A DNA stretch of 64,000 bases from Octopus vulgaris (taxonomy: Eukaryota), in NCBI GenBank assembly GCA_951406725.2, contig OX597814.1, forward strand, positions 137,516,001 through 137,580,000, given 5' to 3'. Both the position numbers and the translations under genes were made by a program. The notes beneath the pieces were generated by a model. It did not search any database, had not been told where the DNA came from, and saw only the letters and a list, made by a program, of their open reading frames with translations. This document shows positions 1-10,556 of the stretch, piece by piece (position 1 is the stretch's first letter; the number at the start of each line of letters is the position of its first letter).

Positions 1-456
1 AACATTGATGATGATAATGGAAGTGTGTGCATAGGCAGGGAGATATATATAGAAATGAAAAATAGACCAAAAAATCAGCAGAGGAGGGACTTGTAGAAGA
101 GCTAGGGGTAGAATATGTTGCTTGTATTGTGTTTTCAGTAGAGAGAACAACCTATTAAGTTGACAGTATGAGTCAAATGGCCAAGCAGATATGGAATTGA
201 GCTGACAGTTTAAATCTATTGAAAGCATATTTCTTTGTGTATTTGAATGGTTCTCTAACTCCCTGACCGAAATGAACATTGGTATTACTTGAGATGAGAT
301 TGGTATCCTATCTACTTCACATCATAAAACAAGTTCTAAGCACCAATCATTAAAAACTTAGAGATTAGGAGACATATTTACGAAAGAGGTAGCACTGTAT
401 ATATTGGTATGTCAAATACTATATAGTGAATATTCTAGATTTATTAAAATTACCTT

Positions 457-985
457 TGTAACGGGAATTTGTTGCTTCTTGCACTTTTGGGGTGCAACTC
501 GGGTGCATTCACAATTTCCGTTCCTTTAATTTCCAGATTCTACCAGTCAAAGAACACAAACGCAACAGTAAAAATATATACTCTTTATTTTTCTTATAAC
601 AGTAAGAAATAAGGTGGTATATTTGGTTCCACTTGGGTCTGGATGTGGCAAGGCTGAACTTTAATGCTTGTAAGAATCTTACAAGTTCAGCAGCAAAACA
701 GAGCTGGTCAAATATGGCGTCCTTAGAGAGCGAAGAAAATACGGTCTGCAACAATTTGGTATCGAAAGCGTTCTGCTTACTGCTATGTGTCTCTCTGTAC
801 CCCTTTGGTTAAGGTTAACGCTCCCTCGCCTAATCAGCTAATGTCACATCAGCAATTCCTTCTTCCGGTCTTCACGCATGCGCAAGAGGGCACTTCCCTT
901 CTGCCTTTCCAGAAGGCTCCAACCCCGCACACGCGAACTGAAGATGACGTTGTGCGCGCGCGCACTGTTGTATAGCGTCACTACA
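457..985 (-). mobile_element. 3' LTR of a Ty3/Gypsy-like retrotransposon (putative)
   Basis: On the - strand it begins TGTAGTGACG right after a purine-rich tract (GTGGGGGAGC, PPT-like, ~989-998) and ends CGTTACA, giving TG...CA termini with a TGTA/TACA inverted repeat. It lies directly downstream of an integrase C-terminus. The left boundary is less certain. Confidence 0.6.
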
Positions 986-1198
986 AAAGCTCCCCCACGA
1001 GTGTGTAAGCATGAAACAAAATTCCTTGTAGTGACTTTAAAACTCAAGGTGGATACCAGATAACCAAAATAGCACACAATATGACAAATCAAGGCAGAAT
1101 TTACAATTTAAACAAGAAATGCACCAAAAGGAAAAAAGAGAAAAATACTCAAAATGAGCAAAGTTCAATAAGTATTGTAACTGTCACAATTGAGAATG

Positions 1199-1650
1199 TC
1201 AAATATAAATAGTTTTGGAAAGTTTTTTCGGCCAGTGAACAGTTCTGCCTGACCTCGTAACATAAGGTTTGTTCGAGGCAGGCTGCGACGACGAAGGTGG
1301 TGTTGCCGATGTTGGTGTTGATAAAGGTGCATGTGTAAATGGTGGTGTTGTCAAAGGTGCATGTGAAGGTTCAACGATGGTTGTGGCCGTGGGGTCATCA
1401 AAAGATGTGGATACCTCAAAATATGCCCTTTTAAAGCGATCTACGGAGACGGTCTCCGAACGACCCTTAATGTCAATTTTGAATACCTTCGGAGTGCGGG
1501 AAATCACACGAAAAGGTCCTTTGTAAGGAGTAACAAGAGGTCCCTTGACAGAATCATCACGAATAAAAACATGCGTCCAAGAATTAAGATCTGATGGCAC
1601 ACTAGAAGGAGGATTTTGGTGTCGAGGGTCCATAGGAGGAAGGGCAAAAA
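1199..1650 (-). pseudogene. Ty3/Gypsy pol fragment (integrase C-terminal GPY/F region), 5'-truncated
   Basis: ORF 1199..1657 contains WTHVFIRDDSVKGPLVTPYKGPFRVISR...KVFKI...ETVSVDRFK and YVTRSGRTV, typical of the Gypsy integrase C-terminus. It is cut at ~1650 by the Helitron-derived palindrome. Confidence 0.85.
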
Positions 1651-1656
1651 CTAACA

Positions 1657-2070
1657 CACTTGACTAACACACCACAATGTGAGTTTTCTCTAAATTTTGC
1701 TTAATTGGGGTTGAAATTTTAAAAACTGGACCTGGCACGACCCGATGCATTCTACTCTTAAAAATGCTAGGTAAATTGTAATTGAAGAAATCCTATATTG
1801 TAGATTTCTATAAGAGACAAAGGGAGGCAGATAAAATCTGCCTTTTATAATAAGAGATTTTGTATCTTATCTCTTATTATAAAAGGCAGATTTTATCTGC
1901 CTCCCTTTGTCTCTTATAGAAATCTACAATATAGGATTTCTTCAATTACAATTTACCTAGCATTTTTAAGAGTAGAATGCATCGGGTCGTGCCAGGTCCA
2001 GTTTTTAAAATTTCAACCCCAATTAAGCAAAATTTAGAGAAAACTCACATTGTGGTGTGTTAGTCAAGTG
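1657..2070. repeat. Perfect inverted repeat: 202-bp arms (1657-1858 / 1869-2070), 10-bp spacer
   Basis: The arms read as exact reverse complements (CACTTGACTAAC...TAATAAGAGAT / ATCTCTTATTA...GTTAGTCAAGTG). The right arm is the 5' end of the Helitron. Confidence 0.95.
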
Positions 2071-3083
2071 CTTTTCTTAGTGTGGGCTATAGCACACGCA
2101 CACACACAAAGGGAGCGATCTGATTCACTCACGCTATCACTCTAATTTCTACGACTTTCTCTTTGCAAGTTTGCAACGATTAAAGTGAAACTACGATCTG
2201 ATTCACTCATGCTATCACTCTAATTTCTCCTCCTTAAAAAAACACAGCAAACAGAAACAAATAAATACATAACGATTTACTCCTCACACAATTTCTTCAA
2301 TTAGAGTTTACCTGTGATTTTTCAAAGTACTTCCATTCGCTCATGCCATACAAAATTTCTTTCAATTTCACCCCCAATTAAGACAAAATTCGAGAAAACT
2401 CAATATTTTAACTTTTCACTCCCACTTCCTCTTTACACACATAGACACGCTAATATATACGACAGTGTCAATTGTTGACATACATTGTAAGCTAACGTGT
2501 GTGTGTGTGTGTGCTGTGTGTGCGTGTGTGTCTGTGCGTGTGTGTCTGCGTGTGTGTTTGTGCGTGTGTGTGACAGGGGTGAGCCATTCAGACTGGTCAT
2601 CCATTTTGGCGAGAAGATCCCTTATCGTCTTTTATGCTACACCACTGGTTTTCAGTTCAAGAAGGACTATTCATTATAATACATCAGTTCCACACATTTA
2701 CCCTGGATTCCATTTCGGACAACTGCACAAACATTTGCCATTTCACACATGTATGTAAACAAACTCCTTTCTTAAAAATTTCAATTCATTTTCAATTTAC
2801 GTTTCTATACACGTTACGCAAATATTTGATTAAACAACTAAAACACTTCACATTTCGAACATGTACGTAAACTACTTCCTTTCTTGCAAATCTAACTTTC
2901 TTTTCTGGCTTTTAACTCAAATTTCTATACATTTTACACACTCTGTCGCTATACTTGCATAAAAATTTTCTTTCAGCTGCTAATATTTATTTATTTTCCT
3001 TCCACGCTTTACATTTTTCCACATTTCATTCACATTACAATTTCTATCTTTAAGTAACTTTCACCCTTTCTTTTTCACATAAA

Positions 3084-6000
3084 ATGCCACCGAAAAAGAG
3101 AAGTCGCCTCGGCCGCCATACTGCAGCAGCAGCGCGCCGAAAAAGGCGAAGCGCAGCGCCATTAACGCTTCTGCTGTTGCTGCACAAAGGGCTTCAGAGG
3201 ACCCACAACAAAGGGCCACTCGACTGGCTACAAACGCTGCGGTTGCTTCATACGATGCTGCTTCCACGGCTTCAGACGGTCCGGAAACAAGGTCGAAGCG
3301 CAGCGTCATAAAGGCTTCTGCTGTTGCTGCACAAAGGGCTTCAGAGGACCCACAACAAAGGGCCACTCGACTGGCTACAAACGCTGCGGCTACTGCTGCT
3401 TCAACATTTTCGACACATTCCCACGACTCAGACCAGCAACGTTCTACATTCCAGCGGAACAGTCGACACCGCGGTCTGACGAGTCCAAACAGACCTTACT
3501 GGCATGTACGTGCTTTCAAGTATGAGCCCAACTTCAATTACTCGATGCACGCTGACATAAATATTGGGGAAATGTTCTGCAATGCTAAAAAGTGGGCTGG
3601 GGAACCACCTGCGATGTGCTGCTTAAACGGTAAGGTCAGCTTGCCCCCTCTTCGGGAGCTGCCAGACCCTTTGAAGGAATTACTTACTGGTTCCACCTCA
3701 AGGTCATCAAAATTCCTTCAACTCATCAGGAAATACAATTGTGCATTTCAAATGACTTCTTTCGGGGCTAACGTTGTCAGAGAAACTGGTTGGATGCCTA
3801 CTTTCAAGGTCCAGGGCCAGGTGTACCACCTTATTGGGTCACTCCAGCCACTACAAAATTGCAAACCTTCGTTCCTTCAAATTTATTTTATTACAAATTA
3901 CAATAGGCAGCTTGATTTGCGTTTCAACGTAATTCCACAACCTGCAAACACTAAAGCTGACAATTTCGACAGGGACGTGCTGCTCACTCTGCAAAACATG
4001 CTTCATGACCACAACAGCTATATTCGCAGTTTCAAATACGCCTTGGAAACAGCCCCTTCACCAACATTCACCATTGTCATCGATGCTGACAAAAGGCCTT
4101 CTGGGGAGCACGCGCGGCGATATAACGCTCCTTCGTGCAATGAAGTGGCCATAGTTCTCTATGGTGAACAGCACAAGCAGCGGGACATAGTTCTTCAAAG
4201 CCGCGACAGTGGTCTTCAGCGTATTAATGAGACGCATCGGTCATATGACGCCCTGCAGTATCCCCTTCTTTTTCCGTATGGAGAAGACGGGTACCATTTC
4301 GGCATTCCTCACCACAAACCAAACGAGCCCTCGGCCGCGACATCTAAAACTGTTTCATGTATGGCTTTTTACTCATACCGCTTCATGACAAGGCATAATA
4401 ATTTCAACCCCCTGCACAGATCACGGGAACTGTTTCACCAGTTTGCAGTTGACATGGCTGCAAAGATGGAGTCCGAGAGACTAGGCTTCATCAAATTGAA
4501 TCAGAAGCAGCTGCGCTCAGACTCCTACATCCATTTGCGTGATGGCATCAGGAATGACACTGACGCCCGCAATATCGGCAAAATGTGCATTCTCTCCTCA
4601 ACTTATACAGGGGGCCCACGGTACATGCACGAGCGAACACAAGACGCTATGACTTACGTTCGGCATTATGGGCGACCTGATTTATTCATTACCTTTACAT
4701 GTAACCCAAAGTGGGTTGAGGTAACGCGAGAACTGCTCCCAGGGCAGCAGTACTGTCATCGCCATGATATTATTGCAAGGGTTTTCAGGCAGAAACTGGC
4801 TAAGCTCATTCTTTTAATAAAAAAAGGCCAGGTTTTTGGGCCTGTTAACTGCCACAGGTATACTGTTGAGTGGCAGAAAAGAGGGTTGCCACACGCGCAC
4901 ATTTTGCTTTGGTTGGTAAACAAAATAGACCCAACAGTTCTTGATGATCTCATTGCAGCAGAAATTCCGGACCCAACTGTTGACCGGCAGCTGTACGACA
5001 TTGTGAAGGCACACATGGTACACGGTCCGTGCGGTCCTGGTTTTCAAAAGTTCTCCTCATGTCACAAAGACCACGTGTGCACTAAACGGTACCCAAAGAG
5101 GTTCGTGGACGAGACCCAGACCGGCCGCGACGGATACCCACTGTACAGAAGAAGGCACCCTGACAATGGTGGATTACTATAACGTTACGGGGTCATCAAG
5201 TGGATAATAGGTGGGTAGTGCCGTACTGTCCATTTCTGATGAAAACTTTTAACGCTCACATAAATGTGGAGTTCTGTCATTCAGTCAAGTCTATAAAGTA
5301 TATATGTAAATATGTTAACAAGGGTTCTGACGCTGCCATGTTTGGCCTTCAAAAGGACAATAGCATGGACGAGGTGTCACAGTACATGGCAGGTCGGTAC
5401 ATAAGCAGTGGTGAAGCTTTTTGGCGGATATTCGGGTTTCCACTTCACCAAAGGCACCCCGCCATCATACAACTAGCGGTTCATTTGGAAAATGGCCAAC
5501 GAACTTACTTTACTGAACAGACTGCAGCTGATTTGGCGGCAAATCCAAAACAAACAACTTTGACCAGTTTCTTTAGGCTTTGCCAACTTGACACATTTGC
5601 TAAAACACTTTTATACCCTCAGGTCCCGTCCTACTACGTGTGGTCAAACAACAATTGGGTGCGTAGGAAGTCGGGTCAGGATGTTGAAGGACATCCTGGT
5701 GTCAAGTTTAACAGTTGTCTAGGAAGAGTCTACACTGTACCTCCAAACCAACATGACTGTTTTCACCTGCGCCTTCTCCTCCATGAGGTTTTAGGCCCAC
5801 AAAGTTTTCAAGACATCAGAACTGTTGATGGTGTATTATGTGATACTTTCCGTGAAGCCTGTTTTCGGCGTCGACTTTTGGAGGATGATTCACAATGGGG
5901 CGCCACTATGGCAGAAGGTGTTTCATTCAAATCTCCTAAAAAAATCAGATCGCTTTTCGCTATTCTATTACTATGGTGTGACTTGGCTAATCCCGCCTCT

Positions 6001-7636
6001 TTATGGCTTACCTACAAAGATGATATGTCTGAAGATTTCCTGCGTCACGCTCAATCGCTACATCCATCAATGGAGGTCTGACCTCATTTACAACAGGGCG
6101 CTGCTTGAAATCGAAGATACTGTACTCGATATGGGCGGTAGTGCCTTGCCGGTCTATGGCCTACCTTCAACAAACCGGGAAGGCACAAACACTCTGTCTT
6201 CACATTTGCTGCGTGAGACATGTTTTAATGTTGACGAGCTTGCCGAGTACATAGCCGACAATGCGCCAAAGCTCATTCCAGAACAGAAGTTCGCTTACAA
6301 CTCCGTTGTTAATTCAGTCCGGGCCAAAGCTGGGGACATTTTTTTCCTGGACGCTCCTGGGGGCACTGGGAAAACTTTTGTCAACAAATTAATATTGGCT
6401 GAGATTAGGCGAACACAAGGCATTGCCCTAGCTGTGGCATCATCTGGAATTGCGGCTACTTTGTTGCCAGGCGGCAGGACAGCTCACTCTACTTTCAAAC
6501 TCCCACTTGACTTAGCGAAGACTGAGACACCAACTTGTAACATCAGTAACAGCTCCGATCAGGCAGAAGTCTTCAGACGATGCAAGCTTATCGTTTGGGA
6601 TGAATGCACGATGGCCCACAGAGGTGCTCTTGAGGCACTAGATAGATCTCTCAGAGACATCAAACACTCTTCAGCTCCCATGGGAGGCATAACACTTCTT
6701 CTTTCAGGGGACTTCCGACAAACACTTCCCGTTATTCCCAAAGGGACTAGAGCTGATGCTGTAAGTGCGTGTCTTAAGTCATCCACATTGTGGCCACTGG
6801 TGAAGACTCTCAAACTTCACACCAATATGCGTGCTCATATGCGACGTGATATCACATCAGCAGCATTTTCTCACACCCTCCTTGCACTTGGCGAAGGCAA
6901 AATACCAGGGGATGAAAATGGTAATATTGCCATCAATTCCATTTGTACCATTGTTAACACGCCTTCTGATCTCAGAGATGCAGTCTTCCCAGATCTACAA
7001 GCTAATTATCAGAATATGGATTGGATTGGCCAAAGGGCTATTCTGGCCCCGAGGAATAAAATTGTTCACCATATTAATGATGAAATGCTAAAACTCATTC
7101 CTGAGGATGTCTATGTATATAAGTCTATTGATACAACTCCTGACCCAGACGACGTCATCAATTATCCAATAGAGGTACTCAATTCCTTTGAGCCCCCCGG
7201 ACTACCACCACACATTCTCAAACTTAAAGTTGGTGCCCCTATAATGCTCATTAGAAATTTGGTTCCCCCAAAACAATGTAATGGCACACGTTTGATCGTT
7301 AAGTCCTTATCTCCCAATCTGATTGAGGCCACCATTATCACAGGATGCGGTCGAGGCAACGTTGTGCTCATACCTAGGATGCATCTTTTCCCATCAGGAG
7401 CAGACCTACCTTTCATATTTCGGAGGTCCCAGTTCCCAGTAAGGCCATGTTTCGCAATGTCAATTAACAAAGCGCAGGGTCAAACACTGTCTGTGGCAGG
7501 AATACATTTGGGAGAGCCATGTTTCTCTCATGGTCAGCTTTATGTTGGCTGCTCGCGTGTCGGCAGCAACAGTGATGCTTTCGCATTCCTTCCACAACGA
7601 AAAACAAAAAACATTGTGTACAAGGAGGTTCTATAG
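3084..7636 (+). pseudogene. Helitron RepHel transposase (HUH Rep + PIF1-like SF1 helicase) with 3 frameshifts
   Basis: Starts MPPKKRSRLGR. Rep motifs: FITFTCNPKW, VEWQKRGLPHAHILLW (HUH), KYICKYVNKG (YxxxY). Helicase motifs: DAPGGTGKT, IVWDEC, GDFRQTLPV, ILAPRN, CNGTRL, FAMSINKAQGQT, FSHGQLYVGCSRV, ending TKNIVYKEVL*. Frame changes at ~3146, ~5180 and ~6080. Confidence 0.95.
3143..3389 (+). repeat. Coding duplication in the Helitron N-terminus (~146-bp period)
   Basis: GCTTCTGCTGTTGCTGCACAAAGGGCTTCAGAGGACCCACAACAAAGGGCCACTCGACTGGCTACAAACGCTGCGG occurs twice and encodes ASAVAAQRASEDPQQRATRLATNAA. Confidence 0.9.
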
Positions 7637-8925
7637 GATTACTACGTTTCATCATTTTCAAACACGTTAGTATTTCACTTACATACGACTCTCTTTTATG
7701 ATGGCATTTACATTTCTAGGCGTTTCATAACATTAATTCACACTTAACCAACACCTGTCCTTCGCTCAACTCTATTTCTATCCATTCATCATCAAACCAC
7801 CAGCCTCATCTTCTATATCCAACGTACATGACACATCTACCCCCTACATCTACACTCTCATTGTTAAAGTTTACATGAGCGACAACACGATCGCAACATA
7901 CACTTTCGAAACTAATCAACAGATCATTTTATACACAACAAATTTAATCAAAACGCCCATCAATGAAAACATCTCCACCACTGTATTGTGATTCACCTAA
8001 TCAGCACCACTACAGTCTTGCCGGTCTGACATATGGTGAGTAGATGCTATTGTTCTATATTTTATAAATTACACATATTTACTTACCCATGCTTCATTCC
8101 TCTCTTGCCTACATATGAAATCCACTCTCTTTTAACACAGCATCAAGTTTTGTAACAGCACATCCGCTGCCGTTCGTGCAAAACGAAGAGACCCTATTCA
8201 CCTGCGAACGTTTTACATCGCCTTCCACGACTATCAAATTCTTACAATTATGAGAACAATAACATGGCTCTTTTCAAGGCAACCTCACATTCAATTCTTA
8301 CACCATTCTACGAGGGGGTAGGAACACCTTTACACGGCTTTCTATACACTTACAAATACATTCATTCGCCGTGAACTTATATCAATATTTGCCTGAATAA
8401 TCATCATAATTCAGTGCAATCATTAACAGTACTTTCAAGCAATTCAGCCCCGAGCAACGCCGGGCAATTCTGCTAGTATATATATAAAGCTTACTTGGAA
8501 GAAGAAGAAAACGACGCGTACGTTCAATCATATAATAACAATTTAATAAATAAAACATATGCATACATACATACATATATGTACATACCTACATCTATAT
8601 GTATATATACATGCATACATGAGTACAGGACACCACAAATAAACGTAGAACACAACGAGAAACGAAAACATAAAACCAAACAAGGAAATAGACTTTTTTT
8701 AACAACGAAAAAACAGAGTACAAGACAAACAACACAAGGAACATTCCCCTTCTTCAGCTGCCCCTGTTTCGACTCAATGCGTGTTTCAAAAGTAGAATAT
8801 TTTAATTAATTGTATCTTATTTTTTAAACAAGAATATATTTGTTAAAATATTTCGTATTTTACAAGATTTTTTACGTATATTTATTAATTTATCTAATTA
8901 ATTATTTTATTATTGTTGTTATCTT

Positions 8926-9027
8926 TAACCTGAAGAGTGGCTATGTTTATATTGAAGTGATTTTACTACTACTACTATTATTTTTACTATTATCATTTCT
9001 TAAATATAGCCACGAAACATGTTGTTA
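8926..9027 (+). ncRNA. Minimal type I hammerhead ribozyme (Penelope-like-element type)
   Basis: TAAC-CTGAAGA-GTGGCTATGTTTA...TAAATATAGCCAC-GAAA-CATG-TT-GTTA: intact CUGANGA and GAAA core, 13-bp stem II, palindromic stem III (ACAUGU), GUU triplet and a 4-bp stem I. Confidence 0.7.
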
Positions 9028-9303
9028 TTCTACTAAATATATGTTTTATTTATTATTTTGCACATTACTTAATTCAACGTTATATGTTTTATCTTATATT
9101 TAATCTTTCTATAATATGTAATTTTCTAGATGGTATAATTTAATTTTTCATTATTGATTTGATAAAAGGTGTTTTTTTTTCTAATTTATATACATATATC
9201 ATATTTTGTGAAATTTGATTTAGTATTTCTAAACTGAATTTTTCCCTGTAAGTTTGGAATAATATTCCTTCATATTATTATTATCATCATCATATATATA
9301 TGT

Positions 9304-9815
9304 ATATAGTGGTTGTATACTGTCAACTCAACGTGACAGTCCCGTAAGGGAATTACACCACCACCATTTAGCCCTAGGAAACATCGACGTTTCCTGTTGG
9401 CTTTGACACATTTTCTGTGTCCTTATATTTGCAAAGGGGAGGTAATCACCCCTGCCAGCTGGGACTAGCACCTGAAGACATGTTTCTGAGTGTATTGCTC
9501 GTCATTAGTCCAGGGTAGCAAGTCTCGCTAGCTGAGATGGCTGCAGCCTCTCTGCAAATATATCCTATTTTCAGTAAAATTTATTTACTGATCACCAAAA
9601 TTAGAAATATTGAATTTCTAAATGTCTCAGAGAGACATGAGCGGTGGTGGAGCGATATAGTGGTTGTATACAGGAAACGATGTTTCCTAGGGCTAAATGG
9701 CGGAGGTGTAATTCCCTTACGGGACTGTCACGTTGAGTTGACAGTATACAACCACTATATCGCTCCACCACTGCTCATGTCTCTCTGAGAGATTTAGAAA
9801 TTCAATATTTCTAAT
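9304..9815. repeat. Complex element with interleaved inverted repeats (9304-9386/9678-9760 and 9600-9671/9744-9815)
   Basis: Reverse-complement matches read directly; flanked by (TA)n. Confidence 0.85.
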
Positions 9816-9986
9816 ATATATATATATAAATAATTTAAGAATGTTTCAGTTGCAAAGCTGTGGTCATGTTGGAGCACCACCATTATTTGGAACCTCCTCT
9901 TATATATGGCATTTGGGTAATGAGGGAATTTGATGCTGCTTACCTTATCTGTGTTTCTTGCCATTAGGTAGACTTGTCTGATATTG

Positions 9987-10071
<85 letters not shown>

Positions 10072-10377
10072 GAGAGAGATACCAACTAGAAAAACAATGA
10101 TTATAGATATTGGAGAATTCCAGATGTGTAATTAGTGCTTGAGTGTAGAATACTTTAGAGTAGATGAGCCACTGATCACAAAATCTAAGACTGGATCATC
10201 AAATGTAGAATTGGCTCACAGGGCTACACAAACAATGATGCTTTCTCTATGGATAACATGTGGAGGCATCATATCTGACATTTAGGGAAGAGTTACAACT
10301 TATTGTTAATGGAAGTAGATAAATGAAATCAATAATAAATCTCTGAACGAGATGTAAACAGTAACTGCACGACAATG

Positions 10378-10556
10378 TAAAGTATACTAGCCATCTCAAT
10401 ATGACTAACCACTAAGGGTGGGTGTTACTGTAGCTTGTAGCCCCAGGAGATCATCGTCTCCAGCTGGCTTTAGGAGACGATGATCACCTGGAGCTACAAG
10501 CTACAGTAACACCCACCCTTAGTGGTTAGCCATATTGAGATGGCTAGTATACTTTA
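10378..10556. repeat. Fold-back with ~84-bp arms and an 11-bp spacer
   Basis: TAAAGTATACTAGCCATCTCAATATG...CATCGTCTCC / GGAGACGATG...CATATTGAGATGGCTAGTATACTTTA, with about 3 mismatches. Confidence 0.9.

Larger units (their letters stand above)
1870..8476 (+). mobile_element. Canonical Helitron, near full-length (~6.6 kb)
   Basis: 5' end A|TCTCTTATTATAAAAGG (an alternative TC start lies at 1865). The 3' end has a GC hairpin CCCGAGCAACGCCGGG (8449-8464) then CTAG|T at 8473-8476. It encloses the Rep/helicase ORF segments. Confidence 0.93.

Noticed and set aside
3061-3366. Antisense Ala-rich ORF (and other antisense ORFs at 4756-7661)
   Set aside because: Shadow frames of the Helitron coding strand.
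5825-6080. N-terminal ~85 aa of the 603-aa ORF, or a stand-alone PIF1 gene
   Set aside because: This is an off-frame extension. The true reading is the 5200..6081 frame until ~6080, and the helicase is part of the Helitron RepHel.
7637-8440. Captured host gene fragment in the Helitron 3' region
   Set aside because: No recognisable ORF or exon; it reads as ordinary 3' non-coding sequence.
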